In this document: in pieces, positions 1 to 14,197 of the stretch | Numbering within the stretch: position 1 is the first letter of the stretch | Layout of the letters: every line of letters begins with the position of its first letter | Translations under genes and position numbers: made by a program | Notes under the pieces: model-generated | Seen by the model: only the letters and a program-made list of their open reading frames with translations | The model's database searches: none | Told to the model about the DNA's origin: nothing | Origin: Eledone cirrhosa | Lineage: Eukaryota | Reading direction: 5' to 3' | Assembly (NCBI GenBank): GCA_964016885.1 | Contig: OZ024756.1 | Location: forward strand, 37,200,001-37,264,000 | Length of the DNA: 64,000 nucleotides

Positions 1-131
1 TCGATAAACGCGAGAAACGATTACATGAGGCTGGCTGTGTGACGAGGGGCACAACCTTAAAATTTCACAGCGAAAGGTCTTCAAATGTTTTTCATAAACA
101 GCAAGTATATTATTCAATATACAATACGTAC

Positions 132-132
132 A

Positions 133-213
<81 letters not shown>

Positions 214-366
214 TTGTGTCTTTTTCTGCCACTCTTTTTTCGATAAAGAACTACGTCGAAACCTTCAAATATTCCCATTTCTCAAAGTGTGAACTTAATA
301 ACTTTTATCATCTTTTGTTTTCGCGTCAATAGAGACAGATAGATAGATAGATATATAGATAGATAG

Positions 367-439
<73 letters not shown>

Positions 440-583
440 TATAGATAGATTTCTTTATTAGCCACAAGGGCGCAACAAGAAAGACTATAGATAGATAGAT
501 AGACATAGAGAGAGATAGAGAGATAGACAGAAATAGTGAGAGGGGGGGGATAGATAGATAAATAGATAGATAGATAGATAGAC

Positions 584-615
<32 letters not shown>

Positions 616-627
616 GGGGGGGGAGAA

Positions 628-659
<32 letters not shown>

Positions 660-664
660 GGGGG

Positions 665-708
<44 letters not shown>

Positions 709-753
709 TGAGCGAGAGAAAAAGAGAGATAGATAGAGAAAGAGAGAGAGGCG

Positions 754-819
<66 letters not shown>

Positions 820-820
820 A
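132..820. repeat. (GT)n/(GA)n/(GATA)n microsatellite cluster
   Basis: Directly visible simple repeats. Confidence 0.97.
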
Positions 821-928
821 AAAGGGGAATGAAAAGGCCAAATGTAAGTTCGTGTGTATTACACCGTCAACATTTTCAAATTGCAAAGCACATCCAGAGG
901 TGTATATGGATGAGTGAGCGAGCGTGTG

Positions 929-1018
<90 letters not shown>

Positions 1019-1190
1019 TAGGTGTGTGTGTGAGAGAGAGAGTGTGTGTGTGTACACACGAATATATGATATTCTCCACAAATTCTACAGCAGTTACTCA
1101 GGAGACATCGAAAGCCCTGGAAAGATTTCATTTCAACATCCACAGATACACACACACACACACACATATATATATGGTGTGTGTGTGTAT

Positions 1191-1222
<32 letters not shown>

Positions 1223-1594
1223 AAATGTATAAGAATAAATGCATATATGTACATATATACACACACACACGAGTTTGTCGGTTTAAAGCCCTGGAAGAAT
1301 TTCATTTCAACGATCCATTACGGTAACTTTTCCCTAAAGTCAACAAACCCCCCTAAAAATAGTCACCACTCGAAACCAAGGAAAAACTTAGATAAATCGG
1401 ACTGTGGTGGTGGTGGTGGTGGTGGTGGGGTGACTGTTGTTGTGGTGGTAGTGGCGGTGGTGGTGGTGGTGGTGGTGGTGGTGGTGAGGTGACTGTTGTT
1501 GTGCTGGTGGTGGTGGCGGTGGTTTTTGATGGTGGCGGTGGTAGTAGTGGTGGTGGTGAGCTGACTGTTGTTGTGCTGGTGGTGGTGGCGGTGG

Positions 1595-1794
1595 NNNNNN
1601 NNNNNNNNNNNNNNNNNNNNNNNNNNNNNNNNNNNNNNNNNNNNNNNNNNNNNNNNNNNNNNNNNNNNNNNNNNNNNNNNNNNNNNNNNNNNNNNNNNNN
1701 NNNNNNNNNNNNNNNNNNNNNNNNNNNNNNNNNNNNNNNNNNNNNNNNNNNNNNNNNNNNNNNNNNNNNNNNNNNNNNNNNNNNNNNNNNNNNN
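1595..1794. other. Assembly gap (200 N)
   Basis: Run of exactly 200 N between a (GGT)n-rich tract and a (GA)n tract. Confidence 0.99.
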
Positions 1795-2036
1795 GAGAAG
1801 AGAGGGGGAGAGAGAGGGGGAGAGATAGATAGATAGAGAGAGGGGGGGATAGATAGATAGAGAAAGAGAGAGAGAAGTGAGAGAGAGAGAGAGAGAGAGA
1901 GAGACGAGAGAGAGAGAGAGAGAGACACACACACACACATATATATATGAAGTATTTCCGTACAAAGGGTAAAGTAAAGGTGAATGCTCTATGTATACTA
2001 CAGAGCTATTTAAATATGTAATAAATAACACAATGC

Positions 2037-2118
2037 AATTATTCCATTTACCAAAGGTTTCACGAAGACAGGCGAGCTCAACAGAGACGCCTGAAATCGT
2101 TCATCAGAAAGGAAAATT
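2037..2118 (-). ncRNA. Type I hammerhead ribozyme with extended stem II
   Basis: Minus strand reads aattttccttt-CTGATGA-[acga..caggcg..ctc tgtt gag..cgcctg..tcgt]-GAAA-cc ttt gg-TA^-aatggaataatt. Stems I, II and III all pair; cleavage triplet GUA. Confidence 0.8.
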
Positions 2119-2134
2119 TGATATGGATGTAAGA

Positions 2135-2214
2135 TATTTCTTTTCTGATGAACGATTTCAGACCTCTCTGTTGAGCTCGCCTGTCTTCGTGAAACCTTTG
2201 GTAAATGGAATAAT
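2135..2214 (+). ncRNA. Type I hammerhead ribozyme (mirror copy, weaker stems I and II)
   Basis: CTGATGA 2145-2151, acga/tcgt stem II base, GAAA 2191-2194, GTA 2201-2203. Confidence 0.65.
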
Positions 2215-2251
2215 TGCATTGTGTTGTTTATTACACATAGATATAAGTTTA

Positions 2252-2404
2252 CCCCGGGTTCAATCGGGGGTAACCACAGTAAGTAAGGTACTCAATACAA
2301 GGCAGAGTATAAATATATAATATAACAGTTCATTCGGGAGAAATCATCCTGATGATTTCTCCCGAATGAAACAGTTCTAGTCCTGTAGAAGCCATTTCTA
2401 TATT
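2252..2404. mobile_element. Family A HHR cassette with inverted 3' tail and partial fold-back; stem I 5' arm lost
   Basis: CTGATGA 2349-2355, ttc/gaa stem II, GAAACAG..CTGTA^gaagcc. Upstream 2329-2348 is the reverse complement of the core. 2252-2313 matches 27330-27391 and the reverse complement of 40169-40210. Confidence 0.75.
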
Positions 2405-2648
2405 AAATATATATATATATATATATATATTACGCGTATACACGCATATATATATGACAAAACATAATGCATTAAAACCAAAATAATGTAAGGTCAGGTG
2501 ATCATCTGGCCAGGAAGTGATTTACCCCCACCCCCTAGTTCTCTTTTACTGTATTGGTTTCTCACATTGACACAAGGTCACATATATTTGGAGAGGATGG
2601 AAGCGAGGTACAGAAGATTAAATGTTACTTAGAATTGGATTGTGTTTG

Positions 2649-2649
<1 letters not shown>

Positions 2650-2736
<87 letters not shown>

Positions 2737-2910
2737 GTTATATATATATATTTATTTATATATATGTATATATATATATATATTTATTATATATAGTAAA
2801 TATATGTATAGTATATATATTTATTTATATATATAAGTATATATATATTTATATATATGTATATATATATAATATATTATATTATTTATATATAAATATA
2901 TGTATATACA

Positions 2911-2972
<62 letters not shown>

Positions 2973-3037
2973 TAAACAAATATATATATATATATATAAA
3001 TATATGTATATACATATATGTATATATATATATATTA

Positions 3038-3079
<42 letters not shown>

Positions 3080-3081
3080 TA

Positions 3082-3148
<67 letters not shown>

Positions 3149-3261
3149 ATGTATATATAAATATACATATATATACATATATTTATATATAAATTAAATA
3201 TATATATATATATATAACATATATATAAATATATATATACATATATATATATAATAAATAA

Positions 3262-3293
<32 letters not shown>

Positions 3294-3300
3294 TATATAT
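2650..3300. repeat. Degenerate (TA)n array with higher-order repeats
   Basis: Directly visible. Confidence 0.95.
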
Positions 3301-3755
3301 GCTATTAAAATTCCTATTTTTAATTCTTGAAATCTGATTTTGTTTGAAGGAAACATACCCCAGCATGCCACAGCCAACTGCCTGGAACCAGTGGCTGAGT
3401 AAAAGACTATATAATGGTCTCCCTCGTCGACAATCCCAGCATGACCCCTCCCAGCATGATACTTTTAGCTGTAATGGTTAAAACAGACTATAGCACTGTA
3501 AAAATGTTGGTCCGAGGGCATATATCGTTAAAGGTAGTTTATAGTAAATTGATACAGTGTACAGTATATAACTGGTAATTTGTTTCAGAAACCTGATAAG
3601 AATGAAAGACAATGTAGAATATCCCTTCCAGCAAGCCATGGGCCCCGAAGTCCTGAAGGAATCCTAGAGGCGCTGTTGGGATATAAGACAGTGTTTTGAG
3701 GAATTTTAACCTAGTGAGGGCCCATCTCTACAGCTCTGAACACAGCTTACTTCTT

Positions 3756-3792
<37 letters not shown>

Positions 3793-3826
3793 AGAGAGAG
3801 AGAGAGCGAGAGAGAGAGAGAGGGGG

Positions 3827-3864
<38 letters not shown>

Positions 3865-3891
3865 TTGGGTGGTGGAAAAAGAAATCGAACT

Positions 3892-4412
3892 CTAGTACTG
3901 GACTTGTACTTTATCGACCCCGAAAGGATGAAAGGTAAGTTGAAGCCTGACCCCAGGAGAATTGCCGCATTCCATCCGACGTTCCAACATGTCAGCCAAT
4001 CACTTTCAATGTCGATAACTGACACTGATTTAGGCACACACAAGGCCAGCAATTTAAAGAGGAGGGGAAGTCGATTAAATCGATCCCAGTGCATTACTGG
4101 TACTTTAGTCAATCAACCCTGTAAGGATGAAAGGCAAAGTTACACCTCGGCGAGATTTGAACTCAGAATGGCAAGAGCCGTAACTCTATGCGTCAAAGCA
4201 TGGCGTCCGACCCTCTACCGATTCTGCCAACAACAATAATGGTTTCTTATATAGGCACAAGACCAGCAATTTGAGGGGGAAGGGAAAGTCGATTAAATCG
4301 ACCTCAGTGCATTACTGGTGCTTATTTTAGTTAACCTCGGCTGGATTTGAACTCAGACCGTAAAGGGACGTAACTCTGTGCTGCAAAGCATGGCATCAGA
4401 ACCTCTACCGAT
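3892..4412 (-). mobile_element. Cluster of tRNA-derived SINEs (fragment 3892-3964; copies 4026-4230 and 4243-4412)
   Basis: Reverse complement of the SINE seen at 26999-27189 (A/B-box head, gcctttcatcc..gtcgataaa..gtacc central domain, aattgctggccttgtgcc tail). Confidence 0.85.
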
Positions 4413-4661
4413 AGTGGTTGATGATGGTTTTTATATAAACCATGTGGGTTTACATAAAGATCGAGGATGGTACAAGACTATACAGAGTTGGTTTACATGA
4501 AAAACATTTTTTAATGGGAAATAATGAAAAGGAAAACAAATAGGTATAAAAAAAAATCAAACAAAGAAAATTCCATAATAGTGAGGAGACTTCCGAGGGT
4601 TACTTGTTGGAAAGGTCTGCAAAAGGCTACGGCCCCCTTGACCACCGAGGGAAGTACTTAC

Positions 4662-4707
4662 TCTAAGTTGTCCTCGCCAATCTACGAGTGAATAGTCAGA
4701 GCAGGAC
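4662..4707 (-). CDS. Possible 46-nt internal exon (SCSDYSLVDWRGQLR in one open frame)
   Basis: ctaatgacAG acceptor and GA|GTAAGT donor in unique sequence. Polypyrimidine tract is weak and no homology was recognised. Confidence 0.2.
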
Positions 4708-5123
4708 CTGTCATTAGAATCATGTTCAAACCAATCACATCCACCTTCAACAAAATTTGCTGGACGGCGGCATTTCCCTCCCTAAACCCTACAACATTTT
4801 TTTTTTTTTTTTTTTTTTTTTTGCAAGGAAAACCTTAAAAAGTCTTCAGGGACTTGGCCTAAGTTGATGCTATCTGTCTTCAGCCCTTTTAATCTTTTCC
4901 CTGCCAAACATTCTCTTTCATCGTTGTTGCCAGATAGATAAAAACTCACAGGTCTTTCTGGTCAAAGGAAGGCGGCAGGGATATCTACACATTGGACTCA
5001 GCTGATGGTCGGATCCATTCTTCTATATACAGGGGGTGGTAGAACTGGGACTGGTGGTGAGGTGGTATGCCCCCCCTCCCCCCCAATAATTATATTTTTC
5101 TCCCCCATGCTACAAAAAAAACC

Positions 5124-5213
5124 TCCAGAAATAGCCGTCGAAACGGCTTGAGCTCTGCCGTCGAGGTTAAACATTTTCCTATTACCCACTCTACTATTAC
5201 CACACTTCCTTCG

Positions 5214-5215
<2 letters not shown>
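5124..5215 (+). mobile_element. Family B half-hammerhead cassette, internally deleted, single arm
   Basis: ccagaaatagccgtc-GAAA-cgg cttgagctctg ccg-TC^-gaggtt, followed by the family tail and (TA)n. Confidence 0.7.
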
Positions 5216-5248
<33 letters not shown>

Positions 5249-5254
<6 letters not shown>

Positions 5255-5565
5255 ATTAAATAAATGGAAACTATATTTATAAAACCATATTTATTTCATA
5301 TATATATTTCAGGGATATCATATTAACAATATGCTATGCCTTCCTCAGACAAAATACAATATAAACAGTTTTATAGATAAATAGATTTGACATAACCGTA
5401 ACAACATCGACTTGTATTTGAAATATATATAATGAAATAAATATGGTTTTATAAATATAGTTTCCATTTATTTAATATTGTAAATATACTCCAAATACTT
5501 GTCGAGTGCTTTTATATCAGTTATAAATATTACTAGTTGTAACCCAACAATTTAAATATAACTTT

Positions 5566-5566
<1 letters not shown>
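5249..5566. mobile_element. Family C HHR cassette with inverted arms (5249-5311 vs 5419-5482); HHR on minus strand 5292-5356
   Basis: Minus strand: tattttgt-CTGAGGA-agg c atagcatatt gtt aatatgatat c cct-GAAA-t atat ata-tgaaata. Flanked by (TA)n on both sides. Confidence 0.75.
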
Positions 5567-5624
<58 letters not shown>

Positions 5625-6004
5625 ATATCTTGGTTGATATTTGATAATAACAGGTAAATTAATCACTACAACTAAATTGACCAAATTTATCCCCACCCTA
5701 CAGTCCACCCCACCCATCCGATTCAGATATACTTCCACCCGTCCTTGTTATACGATAGTATCTGTTCACCTCCATCACCATCACCATCTTCTATCACAGT
5801 AGGTGGTGGTTCAAGAGACTTAGAATGCCACAACTTTCCACAGCTATCTGGCAATCCTTGTGTGAAGTAAAGCCACATGTTAGGGGTTCATCGTCCATTA
5901 ATCCAGCCGGAAATAACACCTTCTCTCCCTTTACACGGATGAGCACGTGGCTTACTGCTCCACTTCCGTCACTTTCACACTTACATAAACATACTCGCAT
6001 ACAT

Positions 6005-6036
<32 letters not shown>

Positions 6037-6043
6037 TATATAT

Positions 6044-6110
<67 letters not shown>

Positions 6111-6144
6111 TATATATATTGATATATATATATATATATATATA

Positions 6145-6182
<38 letters not shown>

Positions 6183-6203
6183 TATATTGATATATATATA
6201 TAC

Positions 6204-6276
<73 letters not shown>

Positions 6277-6289
6277 AATATATCTATTG

Positions 6290-6326
<37 letters not shown>

Positions 6327-6328
6327 AA

Positions 6329-6359
<31 letters not shown>

Positions 6360-6498
6360 CAGAGAGACACACACACACACATATATAAACAAACGCACAC
6401 ATACACATACATAAACAGATGCACATACACATTCAAAATAGAGAGACACACAAGCACAAACAGGCATACTTATACATGAACACATACATAAATACACA

Positions 6499-6529
<31 letters not shown>

Positions 6530-6643
6530 TACATAAAAACAGACAGAACATACACATAAACACACACATACATATACATAAACTGGAATACATACATAAA
6601 CAAACATGCACACAACATACACACATAAACACACACATATATA

Positions 6644-6824
6644 TAATTGTTTCTACTTTAGGCACAAGGCCAGCAATTACCCAGTGTATTACTGGTACTT
6701 TATTTTATCGACCCCGTAAGGATGAAAGGGAAAGTTAACTTCGGCGGGATTTGAAACTCAGACCATAAAGGGCCGTAACTCTATGCTGCAAAGCATGGCG
6801 TCATACCTCTACCGATACTTCCAA
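6644..6824 (-). mobile_element. tRNA-derived SINE (short-tail subfamily)
   Basis: Matches the SINE consensus and lacks the gtcgat..atcgac hairpin segment. Confidence 0.9.
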
Positions 6825-6850
6825 TAATGTATATATATATATATATATAT

Positions 6851-7051
6851 GAAAAAGTGTGACCCCCGACGGCAGAGCTCAAGCCGTTTCGACGGCTATT
6901 TCTGGACTATTTTAGTCCAGAAATAGCCGTCGAAACGGCTTGAGCTCTGCCGTCGGAGTCATACTTTTTCCTATTTCCCACTCTACTACCCTAAGTATTG
7001 AGTACTCTGGTGCGTTATGGTCCATCTGGTTCCTTACCACATTTCCTTTGT

Positions 7052-7053
<2 letters not shown>
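6851..7053. mobile_element. Family B fold-back half-hammerhead cassette
   Basis: Palindrome 6851-6971 centred on ctggacta-ttt-tagtccag, plus tail containing gtattgagtac; (TA)n on both sides. Confidence 0.8.
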
Positions 7054-7091
<38 letters not shown>

Positions 7092-7213
7092 ATATATATT
7101 AAGTGTTAAACAAGATTCAATGAGTACATCAAAGAATGAGTTTTACAGTAGATTGGAATTACCTTGATTAAATCTTAACCATTTAACATCTCCCGGTATG
7201 TCATGTATCATTA

Positions 7214-7267
7214 TATTTTGTCTGATGAGGACGTACTGTTGTACCTCTGAAATATGTATAATAACAT
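7214..7267 (+). ncRNA. Minimal type I hammerhead ribozyme (family C)
   Basis: tattttgt-CTGATGA(7222-7228)-gga c gtac tgtt gtac c tct-GAAA(7249-7252)-t atgt ATA^-ataacat. Confidence 0.7.
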
Positions 7268-7303
7268 TTTATTGATCAAAAGAACATTTTATTAATATGT
7301 GTA

Positions 7304-7381
<78 letters not shown>

Positions 7382-7430
7382 CTATATATATATAAATATA
7401 TGTGTGTGTGTATATATATTTATATATATA

Positions 7431-7510
<80 letters not shown>

Positions 7511-7710
7511 CTGTCCATATATACAAACATGGACATACATATACACACACATACATATGAACACACCTGCACCACGAATCAACACACACACTCCACACAC
7601 CAAAACTCACACACGCACACACACACACACGCACACACACAAACACACATACATACAATCACATACACAACAACACAGAGAAACACATACCAATACATAC
7701 ATACACAACC

Positions 7711-7790
<80 letters not shown>

Positions 7791-8039
7791 CACACACACA
7801 CACCTATGCACACACACACATATACATACATACATACACATACACACACGTGTGTGTGTGACCAAAAGCAAAAACAAAACAAATCTGGAAATAATTAAAG
7901 AGAAAACGGAAACTATGGAGATTGGTGAGCGGAAGAGGGGGGGAGGGGTGACAGAAGAGGATGCTCTCTCTCTCTTCCTCTCTCTCTTCCTCACTCTCTT
8001 ACTCATCTTCCTCCTCCTCCTACATTTCTACAGCCTTAA

Positions 8040-8201
8040 CATCATCACCATCACCATCATCACCACCATCATCATCATCATCATCACCATCACCATTATC
8101 ATCATCATCGCCATCATCATTACGATAATTTTTATATCATAAACACCATGATGATGATCATCATCATCATAATTATCCCCACCATCTTAATGAACAACAA
8201 G

Positions 8202-8234
<33 letters not shown>

Positions 8235-8490
8235 TTCATCACCATCAACATCACCATCATCGCTATTAATCTTATCATCAGCACCAATGTCATTATCATC
8301 ACCATTATCATCATCATCATCATCATCATCACCATTACCATTAATCTCACCACCACCACCACCACCACCATTCTCATCCTCTCCAGCAATCTCATCATCA
8401 CCGCCATTAATATTATCATCCTCACCAGCACTATCATCATCACTACCGCACTCATTATCAACTCACCCCTCTTCCTTATTCATCATCATA
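8040..8490. repeat. (ATC/ACC)n low-complexity tract
   Basis: Directly visible. Confidence 0.9.
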
Positions 8491-8738
8491 TGCTTCATTC
8501 TTATCCTACTTCTCCCTAACCCTCTTTTGCTCTATTACACTTGTGGAAGTATTGAAGTTCCTAATGTGTAATATTGTTGACGGTGATGGGGAGTGTAAGT
8601 AGTGGTTGATGTGAATTTGGGGGAATACTTTTTCATCTTATTTCGCCTGCATATTCCTGAGAGGGTCGTGGGGATAGGGTCCTTAGTGACGCCTTTTGGA
8701 GGGTCCTAACGGTTGGGTCCCTGAGACCAACCAACCGA

Positions 8739-8778
<40 letters not shown>

Positions 8779-8797
8779 AATATAATATATATATATA

Positions 8798-8867
<70 letters not shown>

Positions 8868-9274
8868 AAATATAGAGAAAAATACTGCAGGTAGCACATG
8901 GATAACATGTAATAAAATGAGTCCCTCATCAGTGATTTGCCGACGATCATAGATATTTCATTGCATTAAAAATCATATACCTCACGTCGGTGCAATAATA
9001 ACCAAAATAAGTTATTAGGACAATTGAAACGCGTAAAGCGAGTGAGACAGGAGAACAACAAAAAGTATAGCTAACCGTAGGGGGAAGAAACAAGCTTCAA
9101 AAATTATTCTGTTTAGCATAAGCTAGGTGAATATATGAGCGCTTTTAGAACAGACCCGATATATCAATAATAATATAATCAACAAATTAAATAACTCATT
9201 GCTTATATATATATATATATAGTGGAAAAAACACGTGGACGTTAGAAAACGTTCTCTATAGATCACGTTATATA

Positions 9275-9452
9275 AGGAAAATGATTTTTTTTTATAAGTT
9301 TGAAAAGCGCACCTGGCATATATATGTAAAAAGGATCTTTATAACATGTATAAAAATTGATTTTAGCAAAGCCTGCTTCCTCTGTTGGATCATCAAAACA
9401 TTTATTATTAAGTTAAATCGTTTTTTTCGTTAAAACTCCTGTATGCTGAATT
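9275..9452 (+). repeat. Unclassified interspersed repeat (inverted copy at 50610-50792)
   Basis: Shared blocks tttgaaaagcgcacctgg, ttataacatgtata, attgattttagcaaagcctg and ggatcatcaaaacattt appear as reverse complements at 50.6-50.8 kb. Confidence 0.75.
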
Positions 9453-9527
9453 TGTATGTATATGTATGCGCAAGTGTGTGCTATGTAGATACACGTTTAA
9501 ATGTGTAAATATGTACGTAGTATATAG

Positions 9528-9601
<74 letters not shown>

Positions 9602-9786
9602 TATATATATATACACACACACATATATATATATATATGCACACACACGCATATATATATATATGTGTGTGTGTATATATACATATATATATATATATAT
9701 GTATGTATGTATGATATTTATATTTGTATAAATATATATGTATATATATATATTTATATATGTATATATATATATATTTATATATG

Positions 9787-9820
<34 letters not shown>

Positions 9821-9939
9821 CAAATATAAATATCATACATACATACATATATATATATGTATATATATATTTATGTATATATGTATATATATATATACTA
9901 TATATATATATATATATGTATGTATGATATTTATATTTG

Positions 9940-10058
<119 letters not shown>

Positions 10059-10192
10059 CATTGTTTTACTTTGGGAGGGTTATGCTGCCAATAATATATA
10101 TACATATATATGTGTGTGTATGTGTATGTAAATATGCAGCATGTATATATAGGTTTAGATGTGTGAATATGTGTGTGGTATTTATACACTTT

Positions 10193-10223
<31 letters not shown>

Positions 10224-10379
10224 CATGTCAGAGTGCATATGTGTGTGTATATGTTTAGCTGTATATGTGTGTAGTATACCACCATACCACCAACCACTTT
10301 TACATCATGTTACAACCACCACACTACTACATCACAACCAACAGCATCAACACCAACACTGCCACACCAACATTACCTC

Positions 10380-10966
10380 CAGCCCACCACTACCACCACC
10401 TCAACCATCGCCACCACTACCAGCACCACCTCTAGCACCACCACCGCCACTACTACCACCTCTACCACCACTACACTACCACCACCTCAACTATCGCCAC
10501 AACTACCAGCACCACCACCGCCACTACTACCACCTCTATCACCACTACTACTACCACCTCTACCACCACTACAACTACCACCACCTCAACCATCGCCACC
10601 ACTACCAGCACCACCTCTAGCACCACCACCGCCACTACTACCACCTCTACCACCACTACAACTACCACCACCTCAACCATCGCCACCACTACCAGCACCA
10701 CCTCTAGCACCACCACCGCCACTACTACCACCTCTACCACCACTACAACTACCACCTACCTCAACTATCGCCACCACTACCAGCACCACGTCTAGCACCA
10801 CCACCGCCACTACTACCACCTCTACCACCACTACCACTACCACCACCTCAACCATCGCCACCACTACCAGCACCACCTCTAGCACCACCACCGCCACCAC
10901 TACCACCTCTACCACCACCACCGCCACTACTACCACCTCTACCACCACTACCACTACTACCACCAC
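10380..10966. repeat. Minisatellite built from ACC/ACT triplets
   Basis: Recurring unit cctcaaccatcgccaccactaccagcaccacctctagcaccaccaccgccactactaccacctctaccaccactacaactaccacca. Confidence 0.9.
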
Positions 10967-12002
10967 AGGTTAAAGACACTATGGACAATGACCACTTGTT
11001 GAATTATTGGCATTTGATAATAAATGGTGGTGGTGGTGGTGGTGGTGGTGGTGGTGGTGGTGGTGGTGGTGGTAGTGGTGGTGGTGGTAGGTGTTGCGAG
11101 AATATGTGGTGGTGCGTGTTGTGTGTGTGGGTATGTGGTGAATGTGATGGCGGTGTAGGGGTGTGGTGGTCGTGACGTTGGTGGTGGTGGTGTTGGTGGT
11201 GGTGGTGGTGGTGGTATGTGATAATTATTGGTGTTTAAAAACGTATGGTTCAGTGTGGAGGTGTATCTGGACATAGAGATAGTGGGTAGGTAGGGGGTGG
11301 AGGAAGAACAGTAGGAGCAAAGGAGAGAAATAGCGGGAGAGATGGGGAGGGGAGAGAGAGAGAGAGAAAGGGAGAGGAGAGAGAAGAGAAAGAGCGGGAG
11401 AGATGGGGAGGGAGGAGAGAGAGAGAGAGAAAGGGAGAGGGGAGAGAAAGAGAGAGAGAGAAAGAGAGAAAGAGGGCGAGAGAGAGAGAGAAAGAGAGAG
11501 AATGGGGGAGAAAGAGAGAGAGAAAGAGAGAAAGAGGGAGGGAGAGAGAGAAAGAAAGAGAGAGAATGGAGGAGAAAGAGAGAGAGGGCGAAAGAGAGAG
11601 GGAGAGAAAGGGAGAGAGAGGAAAGAGAGGGAGAGAAAGGGAGAAAGAAAGAGAGGGAAAGAAGCGATTAGAGAGAAAGGGAGGGTTAAGGGAAAGAGAG
11701 AGGGAGAGAAAGAGAGAGAAAGAGAGAGAGAGAGGGTAGAGATAGAGAAAGAGGGGGGTTAGAGAAAGATAGAGAGGGGGAGAGAAAGAGAGAGACAGTG
11801 TGAAAGAGAAAGAGAGAGGGGTTGTTGAAGAAAATGGCATGGCGACAACGTCTCTGCACTATAGACGATCTTTTGTATTTAACTTCTATTTTTGATTGCA
11901 GAATTTTTTTTTGAGTTTTCGATAAGACACAATGAAGTCACGCCATTGTCCTAACTCTAACCCTAACTTTAACAAAACACACTGACTCTCTTTAATAACG
12001 AG

Positions 12003-12212
12003 TTCTAATTTAGGCACAAGGTCAGCAATTTTAGAAAGGATAAAGTCGATTCAATCGCCCCCCGTTACTTGACTTATTGTTTATTTTATCGACCCCCGCG
12101 AAAACAAAAAGAAGATAAATGAAACGTAAAGTTGACCTCGGTAGGATTTGAACTCAAATATCCTGAACAAATACTGTTATACATTTACCGGACGCTCTAA
12201 CGACTCTGCTAA
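12003..12212 (-). mobile_element. tRNA-derived SINE, diverged
   Basis: tttaggcacaaggtcagcaattt..ttattttatcgacccc..gacctcggtaggatttgaactc. Confidence 0.8.
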
Positions 12213-12743
12213 ATCTTCGTCCCTACAAGTACGAACACAAACACTAAGACAACACAAACATAAGCTCTACCCGAACGCAAGCATAGCTATGACATATGAG
12301 GCTAAAAAAGAACGACAATTCTAAGCAGTATAAAATTCAACATGGTGGACCTTGAGCCTCGTGTTGATTTTGTGAGTGAAATTTGCTAGAGGGAAAACTG
12401 ATGAAGCCCGTCCTTTGGCTAAGAACTCGTGCACCGTTCACTATTTTCTTTATCAGTTGACCCACTTGGGATATTTTTCCGTCTTTACTTGTGTAATTCG
12501 CCAAAAGACATAAATTGCTCTGTCTTTGTCTGTACCTGATTTATTACGTCCCAATATACGCAGGAATGAAAAGTATCAACCTAAATCTACCGAAACTGTA
12601 GTGATTTCCAGAGATTAACGGAAGAGATGGGACTGTCCGTTTTCAAATTTTTTTTTTTCCATAGTCTTTGTCCTGAGCGCCCCACTGTTTAGAATTCATA
12701 TTCTAAAGACTTAACCATGCGGGCTTATTTAAAACCATATGTG

Positions 12744-12846
<103 letters not shown>

Positions 12847-13176
12847 TGTGTGCGTGTGTGTGTGGCCCCAAGCACAACTATACACATACGTACACAAATA
12901 CTCTATATATATATATGGCTAAGAAGCAAGAAAACCAGTTGTGAAAGTCAGTGAAAAGGCCGCCATCTTTGTGTGTGTGTGGTGAAAGATTTTGACAAAC
13001 TAAACAATGACGAATTAGTTAATTAGCTAGTTAGTTAATTAATGTTAATTAATCAATTAACTAAGAAGTGAACTACAACACATGTTTGTGTTTTTATTAG
13101 CAGAAGGACACTCCTGAAGTAGAGCAATATCTGTTTCAACACACGGTTTCAGGTTAAGAATATTTCGTAACGAATA

Positions 13177-13219
<43 letters not shown>

Positions 13220-13287
13220 TATATATATATATATATACACATATACATACTTATACGCATTACTTGTGTGTGTGTATAGATTTATAT

Positions 13288-13332
<45 letters not shown>

Positions 13333-13760
13333 TTAGACACATATATATGCATATATATATATGCATACATATGTATATATATATATAGACATATATATCT
13401 GCATATACATACATATATGCATACACATTCATGTGTGTGTGTATATATATATATAATATATATATAAGTATATATATATATATATGCACTCTTTCTCACC
13501 TAATCTTCTCTATTTCTTCTTAAGTCATTTCAAAACACTTAATCATATTATAACTACCCCCCACCCCTTCAACCTCTGCTAATTAACGAATGAATTCTAA
13601 ACAGCCCCCACTAATGATTTTAAACGTTTTGCTTTTATTTCATATTATTTTATGCAAGCCAAACCTCCAAGAGACTTTACATAATCACCTTCTTACTGTG
13701 GTTGTAACTACACTACTACTACTACTACTACTATACTACTACTACTGACTGCTGCTGCTG

Positions 13761-13814
<54 letters not shown>

Positions 13815-13931
13815 TTACCGCCACCACCAACACCACTACAAATACTACTACCACCCTCACCACCATCACCATCACTACTACTAATACTATTACCACCATC
13901 ACCATCACCACCACTACTACCCACCATCACG

Positions 13932-13977
<46 letters not shown>

Positions 13978-14099
13978 ATATTATTATTATTACCACCACT
14001 ACAAACACCACTACAAATACTACTACCACCACCAACACCACCTCAAACTACAAATACCCACAGATACATATATACATTACATAAATACAAGCATATATA

Positions 14100-14191
<92 letters not shown>

Positions 14192-14197
14192 GTGGAA

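Larger units (their letters stand above)
2017..2235. mobile_element. Fold-back cassette (~95-bp arms) carrying two opposed hammerhead ribozymes; PLE pLTR-like remnant
   Basis: 2017-2110 is the near-perfect reverse complement of 2142-2235, and each arm carries a HHR core. Confidence 0.8.

Noticed and set aside
5794-6000. 68-aa non-repetitive minus-strand ORF
   Set aside because: No recognisable domain or exon boundaries; the length is within chance expectation.
8915-9040. CTGATGAgggac on the minus strand and GAAA-CGCG-TA on the plus strand
   Set aside because: Possibly scrambled HHR remnants, but neither has its partner half or stems, so they were not called.
9299-9320. tttgaaaagcgc as another U3-A8 core
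   Set aside because: No complementary stem II strand or GAAA follows; it is part of a different repeat family.
12395-12412. ctgatgaagcccgtc as a hammerhead core
   Set aside because: It is a variant of the SINE tail (ggaaactg..gaagcccgtc) with no stem II or GAAA.
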